64,000 nt of DNA from a virus. Positions 33,910-42,991 of this stretch are shown piece after piece. Within the stretch, counting starts at the first letter, position 1. Each line of letters opens with the position of its first letter. Where the stretch lies: the IMG/VR virus record IMGVR_UViG_3300030099_007635, positions 1 through 64,000 of that record; one strand, given 5' to 3'. The notes beneath the pieces were generated by a model. It saw only the letters and a list, made by a program, of their open reading frames with translations, ran no database searches and was not told where the DNA came from. The translations under genes and the position numbers were made by a program.

Positions 33910-35189
33910 CCGCCGCCGCTCTTTTCTTTTACTATCTGCTTATGTTTTTTCATGAAAGCTTCATGATTTGGGCCAGCCATATAAAGGGTTCTCCCATCGT
34001 CTGTTTTGTGGGTATGGAAGCCTTCTAAGCCAAGCTTTTTAGCGTCCTTAAGAGCCTTCTCTTTGGTATCAAAATAGTGTGCATTAGGGTCATCTTTCCC
34101 CTTCGCTCTTTCCCAAGCGTCTTTTTGGGGACGATCTTTGTCACCAACTTTAGCTGGTTTATAATTTTTACCCATTCTCTCTTTCTTTTTACGAATGTTT
34201 TCCCAGAGGGAACCCATGGCATCTGCACAATATGATGAAGCCGAGGCGATGTCTTGATCTGCTTTTTTGTAGGATTCTTTAACCTTGCCACCCCTTACCA
34301 TCTTAAGGAACATGTTAACTCTTGCCATTGCCCAGCCATGACGAGACATATTTGGACGGTGAGATGTGCTGAAAGCGCCAGCGCCTCTCCTGTATACCTT
34401 CTTTAATTGGCTAAGAGTAACTTTTTTCGAGTGCTTAGAATTATGTTCTTTGACTTTTTCTTTTAGAGAGTTAGTGGTTTTTTCACTAAATGTAATCTTG
34501 CCGCCCTTTTCCCCCGCACTTCCTTTAGGATTTTTCTTTGAACCTTTTTTTCTTTCACTTGGTTCTGCGGGTGTTTGAGCGCCGCTTTTGCGACCACTAC
34601 GTTTAGCCGCCTCAGAAACTTCTGCTTCTGGTGCATTAGCTAAATCTGGATTCATGGCTAACAATTCGTCGTGATCAAAAATTGTTTCTCCATCCCATTC
34701 GTATTCTTCCTCTGTAGAACCTTCAACTTTCTTACCTGCTCTCCACTGCTTGCAAGACCAATAGCGAGCCTTCCACTTTGGACCTGGATTATCACAGTTA
34801 TGCCTCGCTCTGAAACTTTTCCTACGAGCAGGGTCATCTCTTTTGATTTCCATGTTAGGGTCGCCAAAATTAACCTTTACAACGTTACCTTTCTCATTCT
34901 TAACGTAAACAGAGAACTTTTTTGGACCTTTAGGGGTGCGGAAAGGCTTGTTTAATGGCTTGTTTTTTTCTTTAGATTCAGACCAATATAGTATTTTGTC
35001 GCTTTCACCCCAAGGATTCGTCGAGTCGAATACTAACGAAGCTTTACTTTCTGCTTTAGAAAACTGAGAAGAGCAGACTGCGGCTCTTTGCTTGTTGTCT
35101 TTAAACTCTCCCTTTGTCGTAGGGTCACTCATACAGCGATCCATAAACTTAGAACGCTTCTCTCCGTTGTTTGGTGTGGGTAGTGGCAT
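33906..35189 (-). CDS. mosaic basic protein made of several small phage modules
   Basis: MPLP.P...E....F..RCM..; KKF.VYV......V.FGD......R.SFRARH.C....ARYWSC..W; LKKVY.RG.GA...SHRP.....WA.ARV; LWENIR.K; A...G..G.H.H......YM. Confidence 0.7.
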   Translation of the reverse strand: MPLPTPNNGEKRSKFMDRCMSDPTTKGEFKDNKQRAAVCSSQFSKAESKASLVFDSTNPWGESDKILYWSESKEKNKPLNKPFRTPKGPKKFSVYVKNEKGNVVKVNFGDPNMEIKRDDPARRKSFRARHNCDNPGPKWKARYWSCKQWRAGKKVEGSTEEEYEWDGETIFDHDELLAMNPDLANAPEAEVSEAAKRSGRKSGAQTPAEPSERKKGSKKNPKGSAGEKGGKITFSEKTTNSLKEKVKEHNSKHSKKVTLSQLKKVYRRGAGAFSTSHRPNMSRHGWAMARVNMFLKMVRGGKVKESYKKADQDIASASSYCADAMGSLWENIRKKKERMGKNYKPAKVGDKDRPQKDAWERAKGKDDPNAHYFDTKEKALKDAKKLGLEGFHTHKTDDGRTLYMAGPNHEAFMKKHKQIVKEKSGGG

Positions 35190-35192
35190 TAC

Positions 35193-36266
35193 TTAAGCTT
35201 TTACACCAAAAATAGGCTCACAGATCGTCTTCATGAAAAAATCTCTTTTTTCTGAAAAAATTGGCAACTTGCAAAACCTTGAGTAGCAGTGAGAAAAACT
35301 ATCAGCAATTTCTAAAATTCTCTGATAACGGTAAGAATTGTAGAGATAGACCTCTCTAATGTAACAAATAAGTAGGTCTGCCAGTTTTTTCCTTACCTGC
35401 ATTTCATATATAACATGGAAAAGGTCTCTGTTTTGGGGGAAACCTCCTATTTCACAAAAGCGTTTCCATAGCCTGATATCCATTTCTGGTGGAACTCCCA
35501 AATCAAATATTAAGTCTAAAAAATCTATGTAGGGGTGACCCTTTGAAACATTATATAAATCATCAAAATAAAAACCTTGCTTTTCTCCCTCATAATAAAA
35601 AACAGAATCAATACCTAAGGCTCCATGACATTTATGGTTTAATTCTGCGCTAGCTCTATCTGAGCATACTATAATTTGAGTTCTTAGATCTAATAGGAAC
35701 TTTTCACAAAAATCATAGTCAGTATACTTCTTAACTGCCTGTAGCCCTGCCTCATCAATGCAATTTTCGGGTATTAAATCATCAGCAAATTCCTTAATAA
35801 CTGACGTATAAGACTGCCGCACTGGTCTAGTTTCAGCAAATTGCCAATAAGCATTAATAAAGTCGTCCACTTTTTCCATTAAATGAGAACGACCTATATT
35901 TCTAACACTTTCTCCCGCAGGAACTTTGGTCATGAGATAACTAATAGGTTCACCCAATTCGGTCTCACCATGTTTTACAAGGGAGGGGGAGGCATTTGAA
36001 CCTAGACTTCTGATAGAGGTCACCTCCCTTTTAAGCAATCCACGGGGATCGCTTAGTGAAAATTTTAACTTAAAACATTCCCTCTTCTCATTGCTTAAAA
36101 GGAATATATCACAGTATTCTGTGACTCCCCAAAGCATAATTTCCTTCAAGTTGAACTTTGGTTTAATTTTACTAATTAAATTAGCTGCAAACTCACAGTC
36201 ATTCTCGGGGTCTCCCGCTTGAGAAAAAGCATAAGCTTTATCTTTGAATAAAGAAGTTAATTTCAT
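35193..36266 (-). CDS. APH/choline-kinase-fold protein, probably degenerate
   Basis: LK..., L.RE, CHGAL (HGD expected), FDD, GHP..D. Confidence 0.5.
   Translation of the reverse strand: MKLTSLFKDKAYAFSQAGDPENDCEFAANLISKIKPKFNLKEIMLWGVTEYCDIFLLSNEKRECFKLKFSLSDPRGLLKREVTSIRSLGSNASPSLVKHGETELGEPISYLMTKVPAGESVRNIGRSHLMEKVDDFINAYWQFAETRPVRQSYTSVIKEFADDLIPENCIDEAGLQAVKKYTDYDFCEKFLLDLRTQIIVCSDRASAELNHKCHGALGIDSVFYYEGEKQGFYFDDLYNVSKGHPYIDFLDLIFDLGVPPEMDIRLWKRFCEIGGFPQNRDLFHVIYEMQVRKKLADLLICYIREVYLYNSYRYQRILEIADSFSHCYSRFCKLPIFSEKRDFFMKTICEPIFGVKA
35201..35206 (-). promoter_or_regulatory. GTGTAA motif
   Basis: 11 nt before ATG 35189, inside the 3' end of the upstream gene. Confidence 0.5.
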
Positions 36267-36277
36267 ACTTATATAAT

Positions 36278-36309
36278 AAAAAACTAACCCCCTTTTTCAA
36301 GGGGGTTAG
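36278..36309 (-). terminator. intrinsic terminator overlapping a TTGAAA-N16-TATTAT promoter for the next gene
   Basis: CTAACCCCCTT-GAAA-AAGGGGGTTAG-TTTTTT. Confidence 0.85.
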
Positions 36310-36369
36310 CGGGGTTAGAGATCAGGGTGCCTAATGATCTCCCGTTTTGGTAAAATCTTTCAGTCCGAC

Positions 36370-36594
36370 CTAAAAAACTTTGCCAAAGTTTTGTTGGGCA
36401 AGTCGCACACCACAAATACTTGTTTTAGCGAGCTTGCGGTCTACGCCCGCATTGCGATCATAGACCTTTACATAGTTATCTGTTTCTCCCATTAGCTGAG
36501 CATTTACAGATTCTCCTTGAGAGGTATACAGGCCGAAAAACCTGCCCCTACTGTTTCGGATCGCTCTCATGACCCTAGTGTTAATTTGCTTCAT
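36370..36594 (-). CDS. small basic hypothetical protein
   Basis: Start MKQINTRV at 36594 with its own promoter and terminator. Confidence 0.65.
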   Translation of the reverse strand: MKQINTRVMRAIRNSRGRFFGLYTSQGESVNAQLMGETDNYVKVYDRNAGVDRKLAKTSICGVRLAQQNFGKVF

Positions 36595-36601
36595 ATGCAC
36601 T

Positions 36602-36630
36602 ATACTACGCAAAAGAAAGGCTTTTGTCAA
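36602..36630 (-). promoter_or_regulatory. sigma70-like promoter TTGACA-N17-TAGTAT, 7 nt before ATG
   Basis: Read from sequence. Confidence 0.65.
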
Positions 36631-39037
36631 CTATTTTTATAGAAATTTTATCTGCTTTCCTATTCTGCACAATAAACTGAGAAAGGGGAATTTGAACTAT
36701 AGTTTTCACTAGATTTTTAATGTCTCTTGCGTGGGTATTTTTTTCTTTTATTTTATTAAAAATGAATTTTTTAACACTTGGAGAACAGGTTATTTCAATG
36801 TTTCTTTCTTTGAGTCTTGTTTCTATACCCTTGAGTTCTTGGTTAATTATTTTAAGAAGATGGGGATCTGAAAGTTCATTAAAGAACAAGACCTCATCAA
36901 CGCGAGCTAGAAGTTCGGGGCGTAAATATTTTTTAAGGGACTTTTTGTATATATTCTCATCCTCTTCTGGTTGTGGTAAAAAGCCCATTTCTCTTTTAGA
37001 TTTTTCTTTATGACCAATATTAGATGTCATAATCACTACAGTTCTAGAAAAATCAATAGTTCTGTTTAAGTTGTCTGTGGCATAACCCTCATCTAAAATG
37101 TGAAGTAATACATCTAAAATTTTTGGATCACACTTCTCTATTTCGTCAAAAAGAACAACCGAATTTGGATTGTTTCTAACAAATTCAGTTAGAAGTCCTC
37201 CTTCTTCATATCCTACATAGCCAGCATTAGCCCCCATTAATTTAGATATACCAGTTTTGTCTTGGTATTCACTCATATTCAGTTGAATAAATGACTTCTC
37301 GTTACCATAAAAGTATTTTGCTATCTTCTTCGCTGTAAATGTTTTGCCCACGCTTGTTGAGCCAATAAACAGAAAGTTTGAAAGTGGTTTCTGTGGATCA
37401 TTTAACCCTGCTTTAACGCAGCTTAGAGTATCATGAATAGTTTGTATATTCTCCTCTTGTCCAAAAATTTCAGAGTTCATCTGTTTTAAGAATGAAGAAA
37501 AAGAAGAAGTGTTTTTTGCTATTGTTTTTCCTGATAGACCTGTTTTTTCTGTTAAAATCGAAATAATATCCTTTTGACGAACTTTTTGTTTTCTACCTCT
37601 ACGCTCTGCGTGTTTTGCCATTACTTGCAAGTAGTTCTTCAATAATTCTGTAAACTCCTCCTCATCAACTTTCTCATCCTCGTTTGTCGCCATTAAAAAT
37701 TCACAAAAACTATTTCGAACATCCGAAACATTTGTGGGGACGGTGGCATATTTAATTTTTGTCCTTGAACCAACTTGATCAATTATATCAAAAGCCTTAT
37801 CTGGGAATCGTTTAGTGCTTAGAAATTTTTCCGAAAGGTCTAAAATCACATCTATGTCTTCCTCTTTGTATTTAACATGATGAAAGTCTTCATAAAATGG
37901 AAGGGCATTCATAATAATTTTTTTAGTTTCCTTTTTTGAGGGTTCTTCTACGAAAATTTTATCAAACCTTCTTTTCATAGCAGCATCCTTCTCGAAAAAC
38001 TTTTTATATTCCTGAGAGGTAGTCGCTCCAATGCATTTTATGTCTCCTCTAGCTAAGGCTGGTTTAAGCATATTAGATGCATCAACCGCACCCTCTGAAT
38101 TTCCAGCACCAATGATTGTGTGTATTTCATCAAAAAATAAAATTATATTAGGCTCTCTCTCCGCTTCGGCAATAAGTGATTTAAATCTCTCCTCAAACTC
38201 ACCTCTATATTTGGTGCCAGCAATCATTGCGCTAATGTCAACAGCGCAAATCTGCATTAGAGACATGTGGGGGGGAGAGTCTTGGTTAACAATTTTCTGA
38301 ACCAACCCTTCAACGATGGCTGTTTTTCCCACTCCAGCTTCACCTACTAAAATGGCATTGCTTTTATTTTTCTTGGATAGAATCTCTACCAATTCGTTAA
38401 TTTCTTGATCACGACCAGAAATTTTAGAAGATCTTTTACTTATAAATTTTTGATTTAAGTTGACACAATATTTAGCTAAATGAGGTAAGGACTGTCCTGC
38501 TTTCTCTTCACGGACTGTCGTGTTTTTCTTAGACTCTACATATAAAATATTTTTTATTTGATCTGTGGGAGGAATACTAGTTTCTAGAACGTGTGTTTCT
38601 ATGATGTCTTTTGCGTAAAGGGTGTCGATGCCGTTATTTCTCAAGTGTTCGACAAACTTACCCTCCATATCAAAAACAACATATAAAATATGTTCCACAC
38701 CAATGAAATAGCTATCGAAGTTGTCTGAAAACTCCTTGGCAAAGAACACGACTTCATTTACATCATCATGCCATCCACCTTGCCCCTTTTTTGCTTGGAA
38801 CTCCTCTGAATTATCTTTGGCGTATTCCTTAAAAAGTTTAATAAATAACTTGGCATCAATCTTGATTCCATAGTTTTTAAGCTTTAAGGCACAGCTATCA
38901 GATATATTAACTAAACAACCATAAACTAGATGAGAGGTTGTTACTAGAGAGTGACCATTCGCTTCCGCAAACTTCTGAGCATCCTTTAAGCCCTTCTTTG
39001 CTTTAGGGGTTAAATTAAAATCCGTTAGACCCATCAT
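36605..39037 (-). CDS. clpC: ClpC/ClpA-type Hsp100 ATPase
   Basis: Clp N-repeat domain, GEAGVGKT, AGTKYRGEFEER, LKPALARG, GSTSVGKT, GYVGYEEGG.LTE, MGF loop. Confidence 0.9.
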   Translation of the reverse strand: MMGLTDFNLTPKAKKGLKDAQKFAEANGHSLVTTSHLVYGCLVNISDSCALKLKNYGIKIDAKLFIKLFKEYAKDNSEEFQAKKGQGGWHDDVNEVVFFAKEFSDNFDSYFIGVEHILYVVFDMEGKFVEHLRNNGIDTLYAKDIIETHVLETSIPPTDQIKNILYVESKKNTTVREEKAGQSLPHLAKYCVNLNQKFISKRSSKISGRDQEINELVEILSKKNKSNAILVGEAGVGKTAIVEGLVQKIVNQDSPPHMSLMQICAVDISAMIAGTKYRGEFEERFKSLIAEAEREPNIILFFDEIHTIIGAGNSEGAVDASNMLKPALARGDIKCIGATTSQEYKKFFEKDAAMKRRFDKIFVEEPSKKETKKIIMNALPFYEDFHHVKYKEEDIDVILDLSEKFLSTKRFPDKAFDIIDQVGSRTKIKYATVPTNVSDVRNSFCEFLMATNEDEKVDEEEFTELLKNYLQVMAKHAERRGRKQKVRQKDIISILTEKTGLSGKTIAKNTSSFSSFLKQMNSEIFGQEENIQTIHDTLSCVKAGLNDPQKPLSNFLFIGSTSVGKTFTAKKIAKYFYGNEKSFIQLNMSEYQDKTGISKLMGANAGYVGYEEGGLLTEFVRNNPNSVVLFDEIEKCDPKILDVLLHILDEGYATDNLNRTIDFSRTVVIMTSNIGHKEKSKREMGFLPQPEEDENIYKKSLKKYLRPELLARVDEVLFFNELSDPHLLKIINQELKGIETRLKERNIEITCSPSVKKFIFNKIKEKNTHARDIKNLVKTIVQIPLSQFIVQNRKADKISIKIVDKSLSFA

Positions 39038-39043
39038 AATTAT

Positions 39044-39049
39044 TTACAC
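39044..39049 (-). promoter_or_regulatory. GTGTAA motif
   Basis: 6 and 9 nt before tandem ATGs of clpC. Confidence 0.5.
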
Positions 39050-41604
39050 TATTTAAGTTCAGATAGCTTCATGTAGATTTTATCCTTAAGAGGAAAAACT
39101 TTATCAACAAAAACTACATCATCTCCTTTAGAGCCATATATAATGACTACATCCCCTTTTTGGGGAAGTTTTTTACCAGAATCTAAGTAATCAGTTAAAC
39201 GAGCAGCACGTTGACTATCTAAAAATAATCCGTCAATAGCTCCACCCTCATCTTGGAAGTTCATTCTTGCATACTTGTTACCATTTCGACTGGTCCTGCG
39301 AATAATGTCAGTCAAAACACCCACAAATTTAACATTAGCTCTCTCTGGTAAATCTTTTACTACATCTGAAGAGTTAAAGTCTCCCTCATAACTAAAAACT
39401 TCTCTAATATTATGTGAATAACTATATCCAAGTAACTTCTCCTCAAAATACCAATTAGCGTATTTTGTGTGTTCCTTGTTCATCTCATAAATTTTCTTAT
39501 AAGGTGAAAACTTTTTCTTGAAAGTCTCAAATCTTTTAGGAGCAAAAATTTTCCTATTATCATCTCCAACCATTTCCTGCTTACGCACATCATGAATTGA
39601 ATTTATGATATCATAATCATAGTTTGGTCCAAGCTCAATCAGGTTTCTCTTCTCTCGATCAGTCAAGATGTTAAAGGTCTGAGCTTCAAGAACTAGTCGC
39701 GGTCTGTTACTAGAAACAAAAGAGTCTAGAAGACCAGCTTGAATTAATGCTGAGAGGGTTCCTATGTTAAGTCCTGCTTGCTTGGCCGAAAGAAACACTT
39801 CGTATTTATTGTCAAATGACTCCTCTCTGAATTCTAGTAGCGATTCTAATACTTTAGTAGAAACTCCCTTGATGGAATTTAAACCATATCTAATATTCTT
39901 ACCCTCAATTTTAAAATCAATGTCTGACTTATTCAGGTCTGGTGGAAGTAACTTTATATCAAAGTGAGAAAGCTCTTGTGATATTTTAGCTATCTCCTCA
40001 TGAGAATTAGGCTCATACTTTGCATATTTTAAAAGACTTAAAAAGAATTCTTTTGGATATTGAAATTTAAGATAAACAGTGATTGCTGCCAAATAAGCAT
40101 AGCTTATAGAGTGAGACTTGTTAAATGAATAGTTTGCAGAATCTTCAGCCACGCTCCAAAGTATTTCCCCAATAGATGGGTCTAATTTATTTTCCTGTAT
40201 CTTCTCTTCAATCTTAGCCTTCCACGCTGGCATTTGATCAACCTTCTTCTTGCCTACAATACGTCGAAGTTGCTCCGCTTCATCAAGGCTAAATCCAACC
40301 TTAACTGCCATTTTCATCAACTGCTCCTGATACAGAGGAATGCCTCCTGTATAGCTCAAAATGTCATCAAAAAACTCATGAACCGACTGGAACTCGCCTG
40401 TCCTTGCATACTCAGCATACCTGTCCTTAAAGTCTAAAGCTCCAGGTCTTGCAATAGCCACCACCGCAGATAATTGCTCAAGATTCTGAGGCGCTATCAA
40501 GCGGCAGACCTTAAAGTTGGTGTCTGCTTCAATTTGGAATAAGCCTTGAGGAGAGCGTAGGGATGATAGAGCCGTGTAAATTATAGGATCGTGAGGATCT
40601 ATATCTTCAGCTTTGATTCCCAACTGCTTACAAACATCATGGACCACAGAAAGAGTTCTTAATCCAAGAATATCAAACTTTACGCTTAGACTGGCTACGT
40701 CATTCATGTCGTAACCAGAAACTAATGCTCCATCATTTGTTGTTTGAAGAGGCATTATGTCATCAAGCTCATAATAAGAGATTGATACGCCAGATGGGTG
40801 AACTCCAGTATTTTTATTCAAGCCCTCTAGTTTTTTGGCTATCTTAAATACTTTTGCATATTTATCTGCATACTCTCTGAAAGTTTCACTTTCGTCATAT
40901 GCGACATCTAATTTAGCTACTATGCCAAAATGTTTTGGAATCGTATCACTGATTTGGTTTACATCTACTTCGGATAGCTCTTCAACAATCTTCCCGCACT
41001 CCTTCATGCAGAGCTTGCCGCTTAATGTATTCAGCGTCAAAATCTTAGAGGTTTTACCCTCATATTTTTTTTCAATGTATTCTATGACTTCTGCACGACG
41101 ATCATAAGAAATATCATTATCAACATCAGCTAATAAGCTACCGTCCAAGTAGACTTCGCCTTCATGCTCAATCTTTCTTGCTCTACTCTTTGACACAAAC
41201 CTCTCAAAGAAGAGGTCATACTCTATGGGGTCGATGTTCGTTACACCTATGACATACAATACTAATGAACCAGCGGCACTTCCCCTACCTGCCCCTGTTG
41301 GAATATCGTTTTCCTTGCAGAAGTTCATGATATCCCAATTAAGTAGAATATAATCCACGAACCCTAACTCATCGAAGATAGTTAACTCTTCTTTTAGTCG
41401 GTCATAGTAAAGTTGAGGATTGTCTACCTTATCTATGCCTTTTTCTTTTACCTTTTTAAAGCATAGCTTCCTGAGGAATTGATAGTTATCTTCCAGGTCA
41501 CTGCAAGAAACTTCGTCGTAATATTTTTTTTCTATTTTAATTTCTGGTAGCTTAACTCCCACGGGAAAGGGTGTATTGTAGCCTGTAAAGGTTGTAGAAC
41601 TCAT
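39049..41604 (-). CDS. dnaE: DNA polymerase III alpha catalytic core (no PHP domain)
   Basis: GRGSAAGSLV, FERF, DVDND, HPSG, KFDILGL, IARPG, YQEQ, YSFNKSH, C-terminal OB fold. Confidence 0.9.
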   Translation of the reverse strand: MSSTTFTGYNTPFPVGVKLPEIKIEKKYYDEVSCSDLEDNYQFLRKLCFKKVKEKGIDKVDNPQLYYDRLKEELTIFDELGFVDYILLNWDIMNFCKENDIPTGAGRGSAAGSLVLYVIGVTNIDPIEYDLFFERFVSKSRARKIEHEGEVYLDGSLLADVDNDISYDRRAEVIEYIEKKYEGKTSKILTLNTLSGKLCMKECGKIVEELSEVDVNQISDTIPKHFGIVAKLDVAYDESETFREYADKYAKVFKIAKKLEGLNKNTGVHPSGVSISYYELDDIMPLQTTNDGALVSGYDMNDVASLSVKFDILGLRTLSVVHDVCKQLGIKAEDIDPHDPIIYTALSSLRSPQGLFQIEADTNFKVCRLIAPQNLEQLSAVVAIARPGALDFKDRYAEYARTGEFQSVHEFFDDILSYTGGIPLYQEQLMKMAVKVGFSLDEAEQLRRIVGKKKVDQMPAWKAKIEEKIQENKLDPSIGEILWSVAEDSANYSFNKSHSISYAYLAAITVYLKFQYPKEFFLSLLKYAKYEPNSHEEIAKISQELSHFDIKLLPPDLNKSDIDFKIEGKNIRYGLNSIKGVSTKVLESLLEFREESFDNKYEVFLSAKQAGLNIGTLSALIQAGLLDSFVSSNRPRLVLEAQTFNILTDREKRNLIELGPNYDYDIINSIHDVRKQEMVGDDNRKIFAPKRFETFKKKFSPYKKIYEMNKEHTKYANWYFEEKLLGYSYSHNIREVFSYEGDFNSSDVVKDLPERANVKFVGVLTDIIRRTSRNGNKYARMNFQDEGGAIDGLFLDSQRAARLTDYLDSGKKLPQKGDVVIIYGSKGDDVVFVDKVFPLKDKIYMKLSELK

Positions 41605-42233
41605 ATCTCTAAATCAAAAAGTTGTTTACGAAAGATCTTGAAATTCATTTCGATATCATACAGGGCATCATGGAGTCTTTTGGGGTCATGATCAATGTTA
41701 TATTTCTTAAGAAGAGTGGCTTGAGATGTTTTTAAGCCTCTTTCTCTGTAGTTTAAGAGTCTATATTGCCAACCTATGAAATCGTCCTTATCAACAGGGA
41801 TTTGCTTGGCTATGGCAGTAGCTAAAGACTTTGTATCTATTATGCGGGGGACAAAAGAGTAATCAGTATTTCTTCCCATTAACTTACGCCAGATATTTAC
41901 CATGTAAACATCAAAACCCAAAAGATTTTGGCCCACAATTAAATTGTTTTCGTCATATAAATCCTCTGAAAACTTTTCCCAGACTATATTTGGAGGCATA
42001 GATTTTTTATTGTATTCTTTCATGGAGAAGCCTGTCACTTTAGCCGCTCCCTCTGAAACATTCAGATTTGGCCAATGCACGAACATATCATTTCTCGCAA
42101 TGATTTCATCGCCCTCCACAACCAACCAAGCAACTTGCCAAGGTCTAGAGGTGACTAAATTCAAACCTTCGGTTTCAGTATCGAAAACAATATATCTTTG
42201 TTTCTTGTTAAATCTAAGCAGTGACTCGTTCAT
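41601..42233 (-). CDS. DEDDh 3'-5' exonuclease (DnaQ-like)
   Basis: FDTETEG, N..GFD, IDT, HDALYD. Confidence 0.85.
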   Translation of the reverse strand: MNESLLRFNKKQRYIVFDTETEGLNLVTSRPWQVAWLVVEGDEIIARNDMFVHWPNLNVSEGAAKVTGFSMKEYNKKSMPPNIVWEKFSEDLYDENNLIVGQNLLGFDVYMVNIWRKLMGRNTDYSFVPRIIDTKSLATAIAKQIPVDKDDFIGWQYRLLNYRERGLKTSQATLLKKYNIDHDPKRLHDALYDIEMNFKIFRKQLFDLEI

Positions 42234-42960
42234 TTTCTAAATAAGATTCAATACAAAATTCATTACTCCCAAAGTGATCTAAGTTTGGACAGCTTAACGA
42301 AGCCGCTCTACCAAAATTTCTATTGCACAAAATCTTGTATGTTTGCAAAGCTTCTACGTCTGACTTGTTTTTATATAAAATTGTTTTTACTTTTTTAACT
42401 GGTTGCATCATTCCTCTCGCAAACTTCTCAACTTTTTCCCTCAGTAGATCATCAAAAGGTAGACCGTTTTGCTCTACCCAAAAAGTTGGTAGCATTTTAT
42501 AAAAGTCAGGAACACACTTTCTTAAATAAAAATTATTATTAAATATAAAGGAATCGTAAAAAGGAATTACTAATTCTAAGTCGTCACTCCACATTGAATT
42601 TAAGAAACTGAAATCTACCTTTCCGCTATCTGTGTGGGCATAGGAGTATATTCTGTAGAGCAAGCGGCAACCGTCATCGTTGTTTGCAAAGATAACAATC
42701 TTATGATCTGAATTGTCATCCTCAAGGGTATTATTGCAACATGTAATTCTTAAGCCAAAAACAAGATCAATGCCTTTTTCTTTGCAACGATTATGAGCCG
42801 TAACAAAGCCCGTCATTGAGTCTTCTACAAGAACTAGTGACTTAATTTTATTTTCCTCACAAATAGTAAAAATACTATCAGGACCGCCCTCTTTATCGTC
42901 GTCATCGAGAGTTAAGATGCTTTTACCTATAGAATATGTAGACTTAAATACTGGAGTCAT
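42214..42960 (-). CDS. stand-alone PHP domain of Pol III alpha (degenerate)
   Basis: FKSTYS, LVED.M.G, I..FG, IFA.N..G...L..I.S; ATG 42960 follows TTGACA-N16-TAAAGT. Confidence 0.75.
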   Translation of the reverse strand: MTPVFKSTYSIGKSILTLDDDDKEGGPDSIFTICEENKIKSLVLVEDSMTGFVTAHNRCKEKGIDLVFGLRITCCNNTLEDDNSDHKIVIFANNDDGCRLLYRIYSYAHTDSGKVDFSFLNSMWSDDLELVIPFYDSFIFNNNFYLRKCVPDFYKMLPTFWVEQNGLPFDDLLREKVEKFARGMMQPVKKVKTILYKNKSDVEALQTYKILCNRNFGRAASLSCPNLDHFGSNEFCIESYLENERVTA

Positions 42961-42991
42961 CAGTAATACTTTAACACCATCCAATGAGGTG

